From an uncultured Candidatus Peribacteria bacterium (GTDB taxonomy: Bacteria; Patescibacteriota; Gracilibacteria; UBA1369; LOWO2-01-FULL-3), in NCBI GenBank assembly GCA_964449945.1, contig CAYVBX010000002.1, positions 10,203 through 56,855 of the forward strand: DNA of 46,653 nt. Reading direction: 5' to 3'. A program made the position numbers and the translations under genes. Shown here piece by piece: positions 26,932-38,100 of this stretch. The notes beneath the pieces are model-generated. The model had not been told where the DNA came from. It searched no databases and worked only from the letters and a program-made list of their open reading frames with translations. Numbering within the stretch: position 1 is the stretch's first letter; every line of letters begins with the position of its first letter.

Positions 26932-27465
26932 ATGGTAAAAAAAGTACAAAAAAATAAAAAAGATTTGGAAGTAGTAGATGTACTTTCAGATCTTAAAAAT
27001 GAAAAAGAAGTTTTGCTCACTAAAGATGGCCTTAAGGCTATGAAAGAAGAGTTGGAATATTTAAAAACTGATGGTAGAAAAAAAGTGTCAGAGAGGCTTA
27101 AAGAGGCAATTTCATTCGGAGATCTTTCTGAAAATTCAGAATATGAAGAAGCAAAAAATGAACAAGGATTTATTGAGGGAAGAATTTCAGAGCTTGAAAT
27201 AAAAATTAAAAATGCAAAAATAATTAAAGATACTGGCACAAAAGTTGTGTCTCTTGGTTCAAAAGTAACTTTAGTTAATTTGACTAAAAAAGGGGAAGAG
27301 GTAGTGTATACATTGGTGGGTTCTACAGAGGCAGATCCATTTAATGGTAAAATTTCTAATGAATCTCCTGTTGGAATTGCTTTGATTGATAAGGCTAAAA
27401 ATGAAAAAGTTAAAGTTTTAGCTCCCGGTGGTGTTGTGGAATATCATATTATTAAAATCGATTAA
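26932..27465 (+). CDS. greA: Transcription elongation factor GreA
   Basis: GDLSENSEYEEAK, EADPFNGKISNESPVG.AL. Confidence 0.96.
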   Translation: MVKKVQKNKKDLEVVDVLSDLKNEKEVLLTKDGLKAMKEELEYLKTDGRKKVSERLKEAISFGDLSENSEYEEAKNEQGFIEGRISELEIKIKNAKIIKDTGTKVVSLGSKVTLVNLTKKGEEVVYTLVGSTEADPFNGKISNESPVGIALIDKAKNEKVKVLAPGGVVEYHIIKID

Positions 27466-27468
27466 AAT

Positions 27469-27512
27469 AAAAACCGCCATTCTCAATTAAATTTGAATTA
27501 GGCGGTTTTTTT
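27469..27512. terminator. Bidirectional intrinsic terminator between greA and the convergent operon
   Basis: aaaaaccgcc ... ggcggttttt inverted repeat with A and T tracts on both sides. Confidence 0.85.
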
Positions 27513-27923
27513 TTATCTTTTTTTCTTTGCAGTTGAATATTTCTTAATCTCTTTATCTTCTTTTTTTATTGAACTGTTTATTTCTTTAAGATATTTGTAT
27601 TTAAATGTTTTGAAATAATAAAAAGCAGTGTATAGAATTAAAAAACAGATGCTGTATAGCCAAATTCTCATAGAGAAATATGGAATGTTTTCATAACGCA
27701 TAAGGGTTGTGAAAAGCAAAGAAACTCCTAGTAGTAGAGCTAATTTTGATACAGATTTGAAGTTTCGTTTGAAGGCAATGTTTTTCTTTTTTAGTTTTTT
27801 ATAAGAGAAGGCAAATATTATTGAAAAGATAATTATTGATCCTGAGATAATGAAAAGAGGAATGTAATAATTCATTTCAAAACCTGGTTGAATTGTGAAA
27901 AAATAGTTGAATAGTTTTTGCAT
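27513..27923 (-). CDS. Small hypothetical membrane protein (136 aa, about 3 TM)
   Basis: Three hydrophobic segments, RYENIPYFSMR loop, basic tail; 12 bp downstream of the lgt-like gene. Confidence 0.8.
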   Translation of the reverse strand: MQKLFNYFFTIQPGFEMNYYIPLFIISGSIIIFSIIFAFSYKKLKKKNIAFKRNFKSVSKLALLLGVSLLFTTLMRYENIPYFSMRIWLYSICFLILYTAFYYFKTFKYKYLKEINSSIKKEDKEIKKYSTAKKKR

Positions 27924-27935
27924 TTTTATTGATTG

Positions 27936-28724
27936 TTATTTTTTATCGATGAATTGAGTATACTTTTTTATTAAAAAAATTCCAGAAACAAGTATTGTAA
28001 TGCCTGCAAAAATCTGTGGAAGTCTTATTCCAAAAAATAGCCAAGTGTCGTCTCCTCTAAAAAATTCTTCAATAAATTTAAAAAATGAAAAGCTCAGTAT
28101 TCCTATTGTTGCTATAAAACCTCGTCTTTCTGTTTCTTTTATTTTTATTGTTTGATTGTAAATTACTAAAAAAGTGTAAATAGCAACACTGTAGATAAAG
28201 GCATATATTTGTGTTGGATGAATTGGCACTCTGTATTTTATGTTAGGGCTTTCAAAATTTACACCCCATGGGAGTCCAGTTTCTTTTCCGTAATTGTTGC
28301 CTTCAAAAAATGATCCCATTGCGTATATTGCCATTGCTAAAATAAAAGAAGGTATAATGACATCTAGCCATTTTAAAAAGTTTTGTTCATTTTTTTTGCA
28401 CAATATGTAAAATGCAATTGTGAATGATATTATCGCTCCAGTAAGGCTTAAGCCCTTGTCCCATATAAATAATGTGTTCAACAATGTTTGGCTTGAAATT
28501 TCATAAAAATAGCTTTGAAAATTTTGAATAAGAAAATAAACTCTTGCTCCTAGAATAGAAATTAAAACAAGAAATAATGAATTATCATTGATAAATTGGA
28601 TTTTTAAATTGTTTAGTTTTGCAAGTTTTATTGTGCTGTAAGTGCCAGCAATAATTGCTAGACCAATAAAAATCCATAATGTGTAAATTGTGAAATGCGT
28701 GCTGTAAAAAATAATTGGGTGCAT
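27936..28724 (-). CDS. lgt: Prolipoprotein diacylglyceryl transferase-like protein (degenerate)
   Basis: MHP start, GAR..F, IW..GLS..G, YGK.T.LPWGV.F, HPTQIY, EFFR.D; several canonical catalytic residues appear replaced. Confidence 0.8.
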   Translation of the reverse strand: MHPIIFYSTHFTIYTLWIFIGLAIIAGTYSTIKLAKLNNLKIQFINDNSLFLVLISILGARVYFLIQNFQSYFYEISSQTLLNTLFIWDKGLSLTGAIISFTIAFYILCKKNEQNFLKWLDVIIPSFILAMAIYAMGSFFEGNNYGKETGLPWGVNFESPNIKYRVPIHPTQIYAFIYSVAIYTFLVIYNQTIKIKETERRGFIATIGILSFSFFKFIEEFFRGDDTWLFFGIRLPQIFAGITILVSGIFLIKKYTQFIDKK

Positions 28725-28725
28725 T

Positions 28726-30105
28726 TTAAAAATTTAATATAGTTATAATTATTAAAAAAATTGCTATTATTGGTGATAATATATTTGAAAGTTTATTTTT
28801 TGAAAAAAAGTTTGTGTTTATTGCAGTGCTTATGTGAATAATGAAAAATATTATTAACATGTTTTTAAATAAATTGTTTTCAAGAATATAAAATCCTTTA
28901 GGAGCTTTAATTCCAAAAAATTTATTATTCGTAAATAATATTGCAATAAAATAATAGGATAAATATACAAATAATATATAGCCTGTTAAAGTTGAAATTT
29001 CTGTATGAATGTCTTGAAGGAAATTATTTGTGTTATTTTCATTTTTTGGTAAGGCATTTGTGTCTACTTTTTTTATAGATTTTATCTCATTTTTAAGTGA
29101 TTTTATTTTTTGGTTTATAGCTTTAATGTTTTCAATAATTTTATTTCTATATTCTTTTGTAGGCTCTTTGAATATTAGTTTAATTAAGTCGAATCTTTGG
29201 CTTTTAAGATTTGTGATTTCCTTTTTCTTTTCTTGAATATTTATATTATTTGAGGATGATTTGTTTAATAATATAATTGTTTTATCAATAAATTTGTTTA
29301 AAAATTTAAATTTGTTATTTTTTCTGTTTCTTTCTTGCCACTTAATGAGTTTTTGATTTAGATCCTCCTTAATTGATGGTGGAGCTTGTGTTTTTTTAAG
29401 TTGATCTAGTAAAGAAGATGTCTCAAGTTTTAGTTCAATTTTTTTGTTCTGGTATCCTTTGTCTTCAAGGGTTTTTGCTTGTGCCTCGATATATGTTAGA
29501 AGATCCTTTGCTGTAATTTGAATGTATTCGGTGTTGCTAGAATTTTTTATTCGAAGAAGTTTGTCAATTTTTTTGTTTATTTCTGTTTTTGTTTCTGTAC
29601 TAAATTCTTCGTCGAATTTTTTTAATAGGATTAGTACTTGTTTTAAGATGAAGTCAACTTTGTCTTTTATATATATTTGTTCTTTGGATGAACCTTTTTG
29701 GGAGTCGATTTTTTCTTTTTCTTTTGCTAGTTCTTCTAAATAAATCTTTAAATTTTCTTGACCATTTTTTTTTGCTTTAGCAATTTCTTCTTCACTTGCA
29801 TTTTTTTCCCAAATCGCAAGTAATGTGAGATCATATTCGTTTTTAAGCCTTTTTGAAGCAATTTCTGCGCTTTGAGAAGGTATTGTTCCTTTTACGATTT
29901 TTGAATGATTGTCTATTGCTTCAAATTCAAACTTGATTGATCCTTCTTTTTGAATGTTTTCTTCGGGAGCAGTTAATGCAAAATCTAATATTGAAAAACC
30001 TAAGTCGTTTAATTCTTTTCTTGCAAGCATTTCAGAGCTTGCTTCAATTGTTCCTGATAATTTTTTGCCGTCTTTGTTTGTAACGGTATATTTATATAAA
30101 CTCAT
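28726..30105 (-). CDS. Membrane-anchored coiled-coil protein with two PilC/GspF-type N-terminal domains
   Basis: YKYTVTNKDGKKLSGTIEASSEMLARKELNDLGF and FEFEAIDNHSKIVKGTIPSQSAEIASKRLKNEY; long Lys/Glu helical middle; about 3 C-terminal TM segments. Confidence 0.7.
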   Translation of the reverse strand: MSLYKYTVTNKDGKKLSGTIEASSEMLARKELNDLGFSILDFALTAPEENIQKEGSIKFEFEAIDNHSKIVKGTIPSQSAEIASKRLKNEYDLTLLAIWEKNASEEEIAKAKKNGQENLKIYLEELAKEKEKIDSQKGSSKEQIYIKDKVDFILKQVLILLKKFDEEFSTETKTEINKKIDKLLRIKNSSNTEYIQITAKDLLTYIEAQAKTLEDKGYQNKKIELKLETSSLLDQLKKTQAPPSIKEDLNQKLIKWQERNRKNNKFKFLNKFIDKTIILLNKSSSNNINIQEKKKEITNLKSQRFDLIKLIFKEPTKEYRNKIIENIKAINQKIKSLKNEIKSIKKVDTNALPKNENNTNNFLQDIHTEISTLTGYILFVYLSYYFIAILFTNNKFFGIKAPKGFYILENNLFKNMLIIFFIIHISTAINTNFFSKNKLSNILSPIIAIFLIIITILNF

Positions 30106-30169
30106 AAAAAGTTTTCAAATTTGTTCTTAATATATCAGAATTATTTGTTTATAAATAGTTTTTTTAAGT

Positions 30170-31807
30170 TTATGAATAAGCATTTATTTTCTCATAAACT
30201 TTTTTAGATGCCTTAATAAAGCCTTTAAACAAGGGGTGTGGTCTGTTTGGTCTTGAAAGAAATTCTGGATGAAATTGGCAACCGATCATAAATGGGTGTG
30301 ATGGTATTTCTATTATTTCTACTAAGTTTAATTCTGGGTTTATTCCGGAAAAAAGTAAGCCATTTTTTTCTAATTTTTCTTTAAAATTATTGTTGAATTC
30401 GTATCTATGTCTGTGTCTTTCTTGAATCATTTCTTTTTTGTAAAGAAAAAAAGATTGGCTATCTTTGTGCAATTTACAGTTGTATGCACCAAGTCTGAGA
30501 GTTCCTCCTTTGTCCTTTTTGTCATTCTGGTCTTTTAAATAATGAATTATGTATTTATCTTTTGATAATTTTTTTTCTTCATCAAATTCTTCAGAATTAA
30601 TTTCTGAGTCTTTCAGAAAATGTCTGGCAAATTCTATTGCTAAAACCTGCATTCCGAGGCAAAGGCCAAGATAGGGTATTTTGTTTTTTCTTGCATAATT
30701 TACAGCAATAATTTTTCCTTCTATTCCTCTTTTGCCAAATCCACCCGGAACGACGATTCCTTGTGCGGATTTTAGGTTTTCGAGAGTTTCTGGATCTTTT
30801 TCTTCTAGTTTTTCTGCTGAGATCCAAATTAGATCTAGATCGTAATATTGAGAATATGATGCTATTTTAAGCGATTCAATAACACTTAAATATGCGTCCG
30901 CAAGACCTGTGTATTTACCAACAAGAGCAATTTTAAGTGCCGGTTTTTTAAGTTTAATTTGTTTTACGAGATCTTCCCAGTCTTGAAGATCTGGTGTTCG
31001 CGGTCCTAGGTCTAGTTTTTCCGCAATTTTATTTGTTATATTATATTTTTCAAAATTTATTGGTATTTCATAAATTGATGAAACTGTGGGTGCAGGTATT
31101 ATGTAGTCGCTTGGCACATCACAAAATAATGAAAGTTTTTTTATGTGTTCTTTTTTTATATGTTTATCAGCTCTTGCGAGTATCATGTCGGGTTGAATTC
31201 CGATTGATCTAAGTTCTCTAACGGATGCTTGAGATGGTTTTGTTTTTAATTCTTTTGAGGCATTAAGGTAGGGAAGAAGTGTGAGGTGTACAAAAAATGT
31301 ATTCTCTTTTCCAAGTTTTATTCTAAGTTGTCTTATGGCTTCAAGGAAGGGGAGTCCTTCAATATCTCCAACAGTTCCGCCAATTTCGATAATTTGAATA
31401 TCACATCCTGATTCTTCAGATGCTTTTAGAATTTTATTTTGAATAGTTTCTGTAATATGAGGAACAATTTGAATCGTTCCTCCCAAGTATTTGCCTTTTC
31501 TTTCATTTTCTAGAACTTCTTTATAAATTTTTCCAGTTGTTACTGAAGAAAGTTTGCTTAAATTTGTGTCAATAAATCTTTCGTAATGGCCGAGATCTAG
31601 GTCGGTTTCTCCTCCATCTTCTGTAACAAAAACCTCACCATGTTGAAAGGGGCTCATGGTTCCCGGATCCACATTTAAGTATGGATCTAGTTTTTGGGTA
31701 AAAACTTTGAGTCCAGATGCTTTGAGTAGTGCGCCTATTGAGGCTGTAGCAATCCCTTTTCCAATAGAACTACAAACACCTCCTGTAACAAAGATGAATT
31801 TTGCCAT
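30170..31807 (-). CDS. pyrG: CTP synthase
   Basis: [49 protein letters not shown]. Start ATG 31807; the track's TTG 31876 lies in a TTGCAA-17-TACTAT promoter-like sequence. Confidence 0.98.
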   Translation of the reverse strand: MAKFIFVTGGVCSSIGKGIATASIGALLKASGLKVFTQKLDPYLNVDPGTMSPFQHGEVFVTEDGGETDLDLGHYERFIDTNLSKLSSVTTGKIYKEVLENERKGKYLGGTIQIVPHITETIQNKILKASEESGCDIQIIEIGGTVGDIEGLPFLEAIRQLRIKLGKENTFFVHLTLLPYLNASKELKTKPSQASVRELRSIGIQPDMILARADKHIKKEHIKKLSLFCDVPSDYIIPAPTVSSIYEIPINFEKYNITNKIAEKLDLGPRTPDLQDWEDLVKQIKLKKPALKIALVGKYTGLADAYLSVIESLKIASYSQYYDLDLIWISAEKLEEKDPETLENLKSAQGIVVPGGFGKRGIEGKIIAVNYARKNKIPYLGLCLGMQVLAIEFARHFLKDSEINSEEFDEEKKLSKDKYIIHYLKDQNDKKDKGGTLRLGAYNCKLHKDSQSFFLYKKEMIQERHRHRYEFNNNFKEKLEKNGLLFSGINPELNLVEIIEIPSHPFMIGCQFHPEFLSRPNRPHPLFKGFIKASKKVYEKINAYS

Positions 31808-32013
31808 GTTTTGAGGGGTAAAATGTCTTAAAAAAATCTTTGATTTTATAGTAGTTTTGACTGATGAAATTTGCAAGTTTTTAAATGAAAAAAACCATTA
31901 AATATTTTAAAATTATATATATGTTTTGCTTGTTTTTTTTTGCAAAATTGGGCTTTTTTTGTTTTATTTTTAAAGTAAAAAATACACTTTTAAGGTGTTG
32001 TTTTGCTTGTGTT

Positions 32014-32046
32014 ATTGGTGTTTTTTACGAAAAACACCAATTTTTT
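32014..32046. terminator. Perfect 12-bp hairpin in the trpS-pyrG intergenic region
   Basis: attggtgttttt-tacg-aaaaacaccaat followed by a T run on the + strand. Confidence 0.55.
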
Positions 32047-32125
32047 CTCTTAGCTTTTAGCAGAAATAAATCAATTTTTAGTTCGAAAAATCTTATGTTT
32101 TTTTAATGATGACTTGTTTTGGTTT

Positions 32126-33094
32126 TTAGGATAAACCGATTTTTTGTCTTATATCTTTGATTTTTTCTTTAGCAATTTTCTGAGCTATTTCTTTTCCATT
32201 TTCTAAAACTTCTAAAACATAGCTTGGGTTTTCTTTAAGTTCATAATATTTTTCTCTAGCTTCTTTGAAATATTCTAGAGTTTTTTCATATAGTATGTTT
32301 TTTGCTTCGCCATATCCGATTGTTCCAGTTTTGTATCTTTTTGAAATTTCTTCAATTTCTTTAGTTGAGGTAATTAGTTTTAATATTTGAAATATGTTAC
32401 ATTCTTCTGGGTCTTTTGATTCTTCAACTTTTTTAGAATCTGTAACGATACTCATTATTTGTTTTTTTATAATTTTTTCATCAGAAAAAATTTCAATTGT
32501 GTTGTTATATGATTTGCTCATTTTTTTGCCGTCGGTTCCTTTAATAGTTTTAAAATTTTCAACAATATATCCTTCAGGTATTTTAAATGTTTCTCCGTAT
32601 GTGTTATTGAATGATTTTGCAATATCTCTAGTAATTTCTATGTGTTGTGTTTGGTCTTTTCCTACTGGAACGAGGTCGGCATTGTATATTAAAATGTCTG
32701 AAGCCATTAATACAGGGTAATCAAAAAGTCCAACATTTTGTTCTCTTTCTGGATTGTTTTTTGCATCTTTCCATGCATGTCCTCTTTCAAGTAATGAAAA
32801 TGGTGTGATACAGTTTAATATCCATGCAAGTTCGCATACTTCTGGGACGTCTGATTGTTTAAAAATAGTGTTTTTTTCTGGATCAAGACCAAGAGCAATA
32901 TAATTTATTGCTATTTCCATGATTTGTTCTCTTAATAATTCTGGGTTTTTTTGACTTGTTATAGAATGAAAATCTGCGATGAATATAAAATTTTCAAATT
33001 CATCCTGTAGTTTTATAAATTGTTGTATTGCGCCAAAATAATTTCCGAAATGTATTTTTCCTGTCGGTTTTACTCCTGAAATTACTTTTTTCAT
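32126..33094 (-). CDS. trpS: Tryptophan--tRNA ligase
   Basis: SGVKPTGKIHFGNYFG, YPVLMASDIL, VPVGKDQTQH, KMSKSY. Confidence 0.97.
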   Translation of the reverse strand: MKKVISGVKPTGKIHFGNYFGAIQQFIKLQDEFENFIFIADFHSITSQKNPELLREQIMEIAINYIALGLDPEKNTIFKQSDVPEVCELAWILNCITPFSLLERGHAWKDAKNNPEREQNVGLFDYPVLMASDILIYNADLVPVGKDQTQHIEITRDIAKSFNNTYGETFKIPEGYIVENFKTIKGTDGKKMSKSYNNTIEIFSDEKIIKKQIMSIVTDSKKVEESKDPEECNIFQILKLITSTKEIEEISKRYKTGTIGYGEAKNILYEKTLEYFKEAREKYYELKENPSYVLEVLENGKEIAQKIAKEKIKDIRQKIGLS

Positions 33095-33099
33095 ATTAT

Positions 33100-35088
33100 T
33101 TAGCTTATTGTTAATGGGTCTATGTCAATTTTTAATTCTTCTATGAATTTACCTTCTTTTTTTAATATATCAAATATTTTATGAATGTTTTCACTTTTGT
33201 TTAAATCTTTTATTAGTAAAATATTTCGATATTTGTTTTTTAGTTTGTATATATACGCTGGATATGTGCTAATTTCGATATTTTTAAATTTTTGTGAAAT
33301 AATGATTTTTTCAATTTTATTTTTTAAGTTTTCACATTTTTCTTCTGAAATATTTTGATTACTTTCTTCAATTATTATTTTAACTAAGTTTGAGAAGGGC
33401 GGATTTTTTAACAGTTGTCTTTGACTTCTTTCGTATTTAATAAAGTTTTCAAAATCATAATTTTTTGATGAAGTAAGAGAAATGTGATTGGGGTTGTATG
33501 TTTGTATTATGACTTTTCCCCTTTTTTCTCCTCTTCCAGATCTTCCAGAAACTTGAGTTATAAGTTGGTAAATTCTTTCATTGTTTCGAAAATCTGGAAT
33601 ATTTAGCCCGATGTCGGCGAGAATTACAGCAACAAGACTTACGCTTGGGAGGTGTAGTCCTTTGGCAATCATTTGGGTGCCGACTAAAATATCTGCTTCT
33701 TTTCTTTTAAATTTATTGTAAATTTCTTTAAATCCATTTTTTTGGCTTGTGGTGTCTTTGTCTGCCCGAAGGATTCTTAAGGATGGGAATTCTTTTTTTA
33801 AGTCACTTTCAATTTTTTCTGTACCAATGCCGAGTTGTCTAATGTTGTGTGAATTGCAATTTTTACATAGTTTAGGTGGGGATGCAATTTTCCCACAATG
33901 ATGACAAATTAAAGTGGGTCTAGTTAATTTTGTTTGGTGAAAAGTCATTGGAATTTCGCAATTTTGACATTTTTCAACGAATCCACAATCTCTACAAACA
34001 ATAGATGATGCGCTACCTCTTCTGTTTATGAAAAGAATTGCTTGTTCGTTGTTTTGTATTATTTTATTAATTTCAATTTTTAGTTGTTCAGAAAAAATGC
34101 TGAAATTTCTTTTATGAAATTCATCTCTTAAGTCAATGATTTCTATTTCTGGAAGAAGGGTGTTGTTTATTCTGTTTTTAATTATGAATTTAGAATTTTT
34201 ATATTTCTCAAGTGTTTCGAGCGTTGGTGTAGCACTTCCCAGAATAAGCTTAATTTCTTTATCAATGGTTGTTAGCATTTCGGCAACAATTTTTGCATTG
34301 TATCTGGGGCAATTATCTTGCTTGTATGAAGCATCGTGCTCCTCATCTATTATAATTATCCCAAGATTTTTAAAAGGGCTGAAAATTGCTGATCTAGAGC
34401 CAATAATTAGTTTTGATCTTCCGTTTACTACATTTATCCAGTTTTTGAATTTTTCTTTTTCTGATAGTTTTGAATTGAAAACTGTTGCTTTTTCTCCTAA
34501 TGCTTGCTCAAAATATTCAACAGTTTGTGTAGTTAGTGATATTTCGGGAACAAGAATAAGTGCTTGTTTTCCGTTTTCTATTTCTTCTTTTGCTAAGCTT
34601 ACATATATTTCTGTTTTTCCACTTCCTGTAACTCCTTGGATAAGAAATTTGTTCGTGTTTTGATTTTTTATCGCTTTAATACATTCTGTTTGCTCTGAGT
34701 TTAAAATTTTTGATTTTGAGCTATAAATTTGTTCGTATTTTTCTTCTGCTATTTCTTTAAAAATTTTCCCTGAAAATATTTTTTTTGGAATAAATAATTT
34801 AATAACTTTGTGAAGCGGACTTAAGTAGTATTTGGAAATTCGTTTTAATAAACTTATTTGTATTTCATTTATTATAATTTCTCCAAATGGTGGGGAAGTT
34901 ATTTCTTTTGTTCTAAAATTTGGTTTATTATTGTGTATATCAATAATAATCCCTCTTTTTATTTTGTTTTTTACTTCGACTTCAACAATTTGGCCAATTT
35001 GAAAAACCTTATTTATTGGTATTTCGTAAGTAAGAGTTTCTTTGTCAAAAGAAAACTTGATTGGCAATAATATCTCAGCGTATTTCAT
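33100..35088 (-). CDS. priA: Primosomal protein N' (replication restart helicase)
   Basis: GVTGSGKTEIY, DEEHD, four CxxC pairs (CRDC, CQNC, CHHC, CKNC), GTQMIAKG, QVSGRSGR. Confidence 0.96.
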   Translation of the reverse strand: MKYAEILLPIKFSFDKETLTYEIPINKVFQIGQIVEVEVKNKIKRGIIIDIHNNKPNFRTKEITSPPFGEIIINEIQISLLKRISKYYLSPLHKVIKLFIPKKIFSGKIFKEIAEEKYEQIYSSKSKILNSEQTECIKAIKNQNTNKFLIQGVTGSGKTEIYVSLAKEEIENGKQALILVPEISLTTQTVEYFEQALGEKATVFNSKLSEKEKFKNWINVVNGRSKLIIGSRSAIFSPFKNLGIIIIDEEHDASYKQDNCPRYNAKIVAEMLTTIDKEIKLILGSATPTLETLEKYKNSKFIIKNRINNTLLPEIEIIDLRDEFHKRNFSIFSEQLKIEINKIIQNNEQAILFINRRGSASSIVCRDCGFVEKCQNCEIPMTFHQTKLTRPTLICHHCGKIASPPKLCKNCNSHNIRQLGIGTEKIESDLKKEFPSLRILRADKDTTSQKNGFKEIYNKFKRKEADILVGTQMIAKGLHLPSVSLVAVILADIGLNIPDFRNNERIYQLITQVSGRSGRGEKRGKVIIQTYNPNHISLTSSKNYDFENFIKYERSQRQLLKNPPFSNLVKIIIEESNQNISEEKCENLKNKIEKIIISQKFKNIEISTYPAYIYKLKNKYRNILLIKDLNKSENIHKIFDILKKEGKFIEELKIDIDPLTIS

Positions 35089-35124
35089 AAGAATATCTTA
35101 ATGTTTTGCTGTATTATTTACAAT

Positions 35125-38100
35125 CTAATGTTTGCCTTGAAACATGAAAAAAATCGTAGGGACAACTATTAAAGTTGTTATTGAGGAGGCAAGAAGTCCG
35201 AATACTAAAGTAAATCCTAGGCCTGCCCAGAATGGGTCGGATATGGCAAGTGGTAGAATTCCAACAATTGTAGTAATTGTTGTTAGAATTATTGGTCTTA
35301 CTCTTGTAGATACTGTGTCTGATATACTATTTGTAATAGAAAGTCCTTTTTCTTTAGTGTTTTGATTTATACTGTCTAGTAAAACTATCGCGTTGTTTAC
35401 GACAATTCCACTTAAAGCAACTATTCCTAGAAATGCTGGAAAAGAGAAGTTTAATCCTAGAAAAAATAAGCCTGGGAATACTCCAATTATGCCGAGTGGA
35501 AGGCTGAGTAGTACTATGAATGCTTGCCTAAAGGAATTAAATTCAAGTACAAGTGTGAAGGCTATTAAGATTATTCCAATAAGCATTGAAAAATATAATT
35601 GTTCAAATGATTCATTTATTTGTTCAAGATCTCCGCCAAAGCTTATCTCGTAGCTTGATGGGAGGGGATAGTCTTTTAATTTTTCTTCTAACTCTTTACT
35701 GATTTGAACAGCATTTCCTTTTGGACTTACATCGCTTGAAATTTTAATTTCTCTTTTTTGATTTTCTCTATTTATAGAAGAAATACTGCTTTGTAGAGAG
35801 TAATTTGTAAATTCGTTTATTTGAAGTAAATATCCATACGGACTTTGAATAACTAAATTGTTCAAGTCGTTTAGGTTTATGGTTGTTTTATTATTTTCGT
35901 TTAGTTTGTGTTTATATTTTATGAAAATTCTATAATCTTCTCCGTTGATTTTAATTTCTTCACTTGTTATTCCAAGTACTGCATTTCTAATAATTAATGA
36001 TATTTGAAGTGGGTTTAATCCGTATAATGCAATTTTTTCTCTATCAAGAGTGAAAACAAATTCGTTTAAACCCTCTTCTCTATTATCAATGATGTTTTGA
36101 GTTTCGGGTATTTTTGAAAGAAGATCTTTTATGTGATCTGTTATTTCTCCCATTATTTTATAATCTTCTCCTCTAACTTTTAAGTTTATTGCTGAATCTC
36201 CCGGTGGACCTTCTGATATTTCTTGAACAGTAATTTTTGCTTGTCTAAAATTTTTGTACTTTTGTCTTATTTCTTCTGCTATTTCAAAGCTTTTTTTGTT
36301 TCTATATTTTTCATCAACTAAGTTTATTGTAATGTTTGCGAGGTTCGAATCTTGACTTGGTCCATTCGATCCTATTGAAAGAGAGCTTGAAGATTGTCCA
36401 ACTATTGTTAAAAAGTTTTCAATTTCTTTAATTGTATATAGATACTCTTCGATTTTTTCTGCTACTTTTTTACTTTCTTCAATGGTTGTACCTTTTGGTG
36501 TTTCAATATTTATGTAAAAATATTGAACATCAGTTTTTGGGAATAGCTCCATTTGTATTGCGCCTGAAATTGGCAATGACATACTTAATACAAATAATAT
36601 TAAAGAAGAAATAATTGTAATTATTCTTCTTTTTTTTGATATAAGATTTTTTGAGACAATCTTTTCGAAATATTTTGAAAAGATTTCGAAAAGTGGTTTT
36701 AGAAGATTGACTTTTTTTCGTTTCTTTAAATATTTAGTAGAAATTGAAGGGATTAGTGTGAGTGATACAAAAAGTGAAGATAATAATGCTGTGGAAATAA
36801 CTATGGGAAGTGTTTTTAAAAATTCTCCAATAATTCCGCTTACTAAAAGCATTGGGAAAAATGCAAATATTGTTGTAGAGGTGCCTGCTATTAATGCCCA
36901 TTTATATGTATTTACTGAATCTTTACAGGCATTTAGCGTGTCTTTTCCGTCTTCGATTCTTTTATGTATTCCGTCCATTATTACAACTGCAGTATCTACC
37001 ATAATTCCAAGTGCAATTACTAAAGAAAACAATGATAAGCTATTTATGCTTAAATTCATTGATTTCATAACGCTAAATGTAATTAAAAATGAAAGTGGAA
37101 TTGATAAACCTGCCAAAAGCCCTTCTCTAAAGCCTAATGCCAAAAATAATATTAATGTGATGATTAAAGCTGTTAGAAGCCCATTTTGAATCAATACTCC
37201 TAGATCTTTTTTTATAAATTTTGAATTATCGTTACTAATTGAAATTTGAATATCTTTTGGAACAATGTTTTTGTCTTTTAATTCGTTAAGTTTTTTTAAA
37301 CTATCTTCTGCAATTTTTATAATGTTTCCTCCGGTTTTTTTATAAACTACAAGAGTGATTGCTTCTTTTGATTTTATGTTTTTTGTTGAAAACATTGAAA
37401 GGGAATTTTTTTCTGGAAAAGATTCTTCAATTTCTGCAATATCTTTAATTTTTATAATAGTGTTATCAATTTGTTTTATGCTTAAATTTTCTATTTCTTG
37501 AATTGAACGAATTTGATTATCAAGTCTAACCGAATAATTTGTGTTGTCAGTTTGTATTACGCCTATTGGAAAATTTATATTTGAAGATTTTATAATGTTT
37601 GAAACTTGGCTTAGATCAATGTTTAGATTTTTGCTTTTTTCTTTATCAATATTTATGTAAATTGATTTTTTTTCTGCTCCAAGTATGTCTACATCAGAAA
37701 TTCCTGAAATGCTTTTTAACTCATTTTGCATGATTTCAGCTATATCAGTAATTTCGCTAAGTGGGCGATCACCTGTAATTGAAAAAGATATTATTGAAAT
37801 AGAATTTGCATCGGCTTTATTTACAATTGGACTTGTTGCATCTTCAGGTAATGTATTTTTTATTTTATCTATTGAATCTTTTAAATCTAAAACAGCTTGG
37901 TTTATATCTGTGTTGTTTTCAAATTCGATAAATATTATTGAAAATCCAAAAGCTGATCTTGAACTTAGTGTTTTAATATTTGAGAGATTTGATATTTCCT
38001 TTTCTAAAGGAATTGAAATTAAGCTTTCAATGTCTAGGGGAGTTGCTCCAGGGAGAGCTGTTTGGATTGTTGCAAATGGAATATTTATTTCTGGCTGTAA

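Noticed and set aside
31885-32106. 73-aa + strand ORF between pyrG and trpS
   Set aside because: Phe/Cys/Lys low-complexity translation of an AT-rich intergenic region containing hairpins; no coding evidence.
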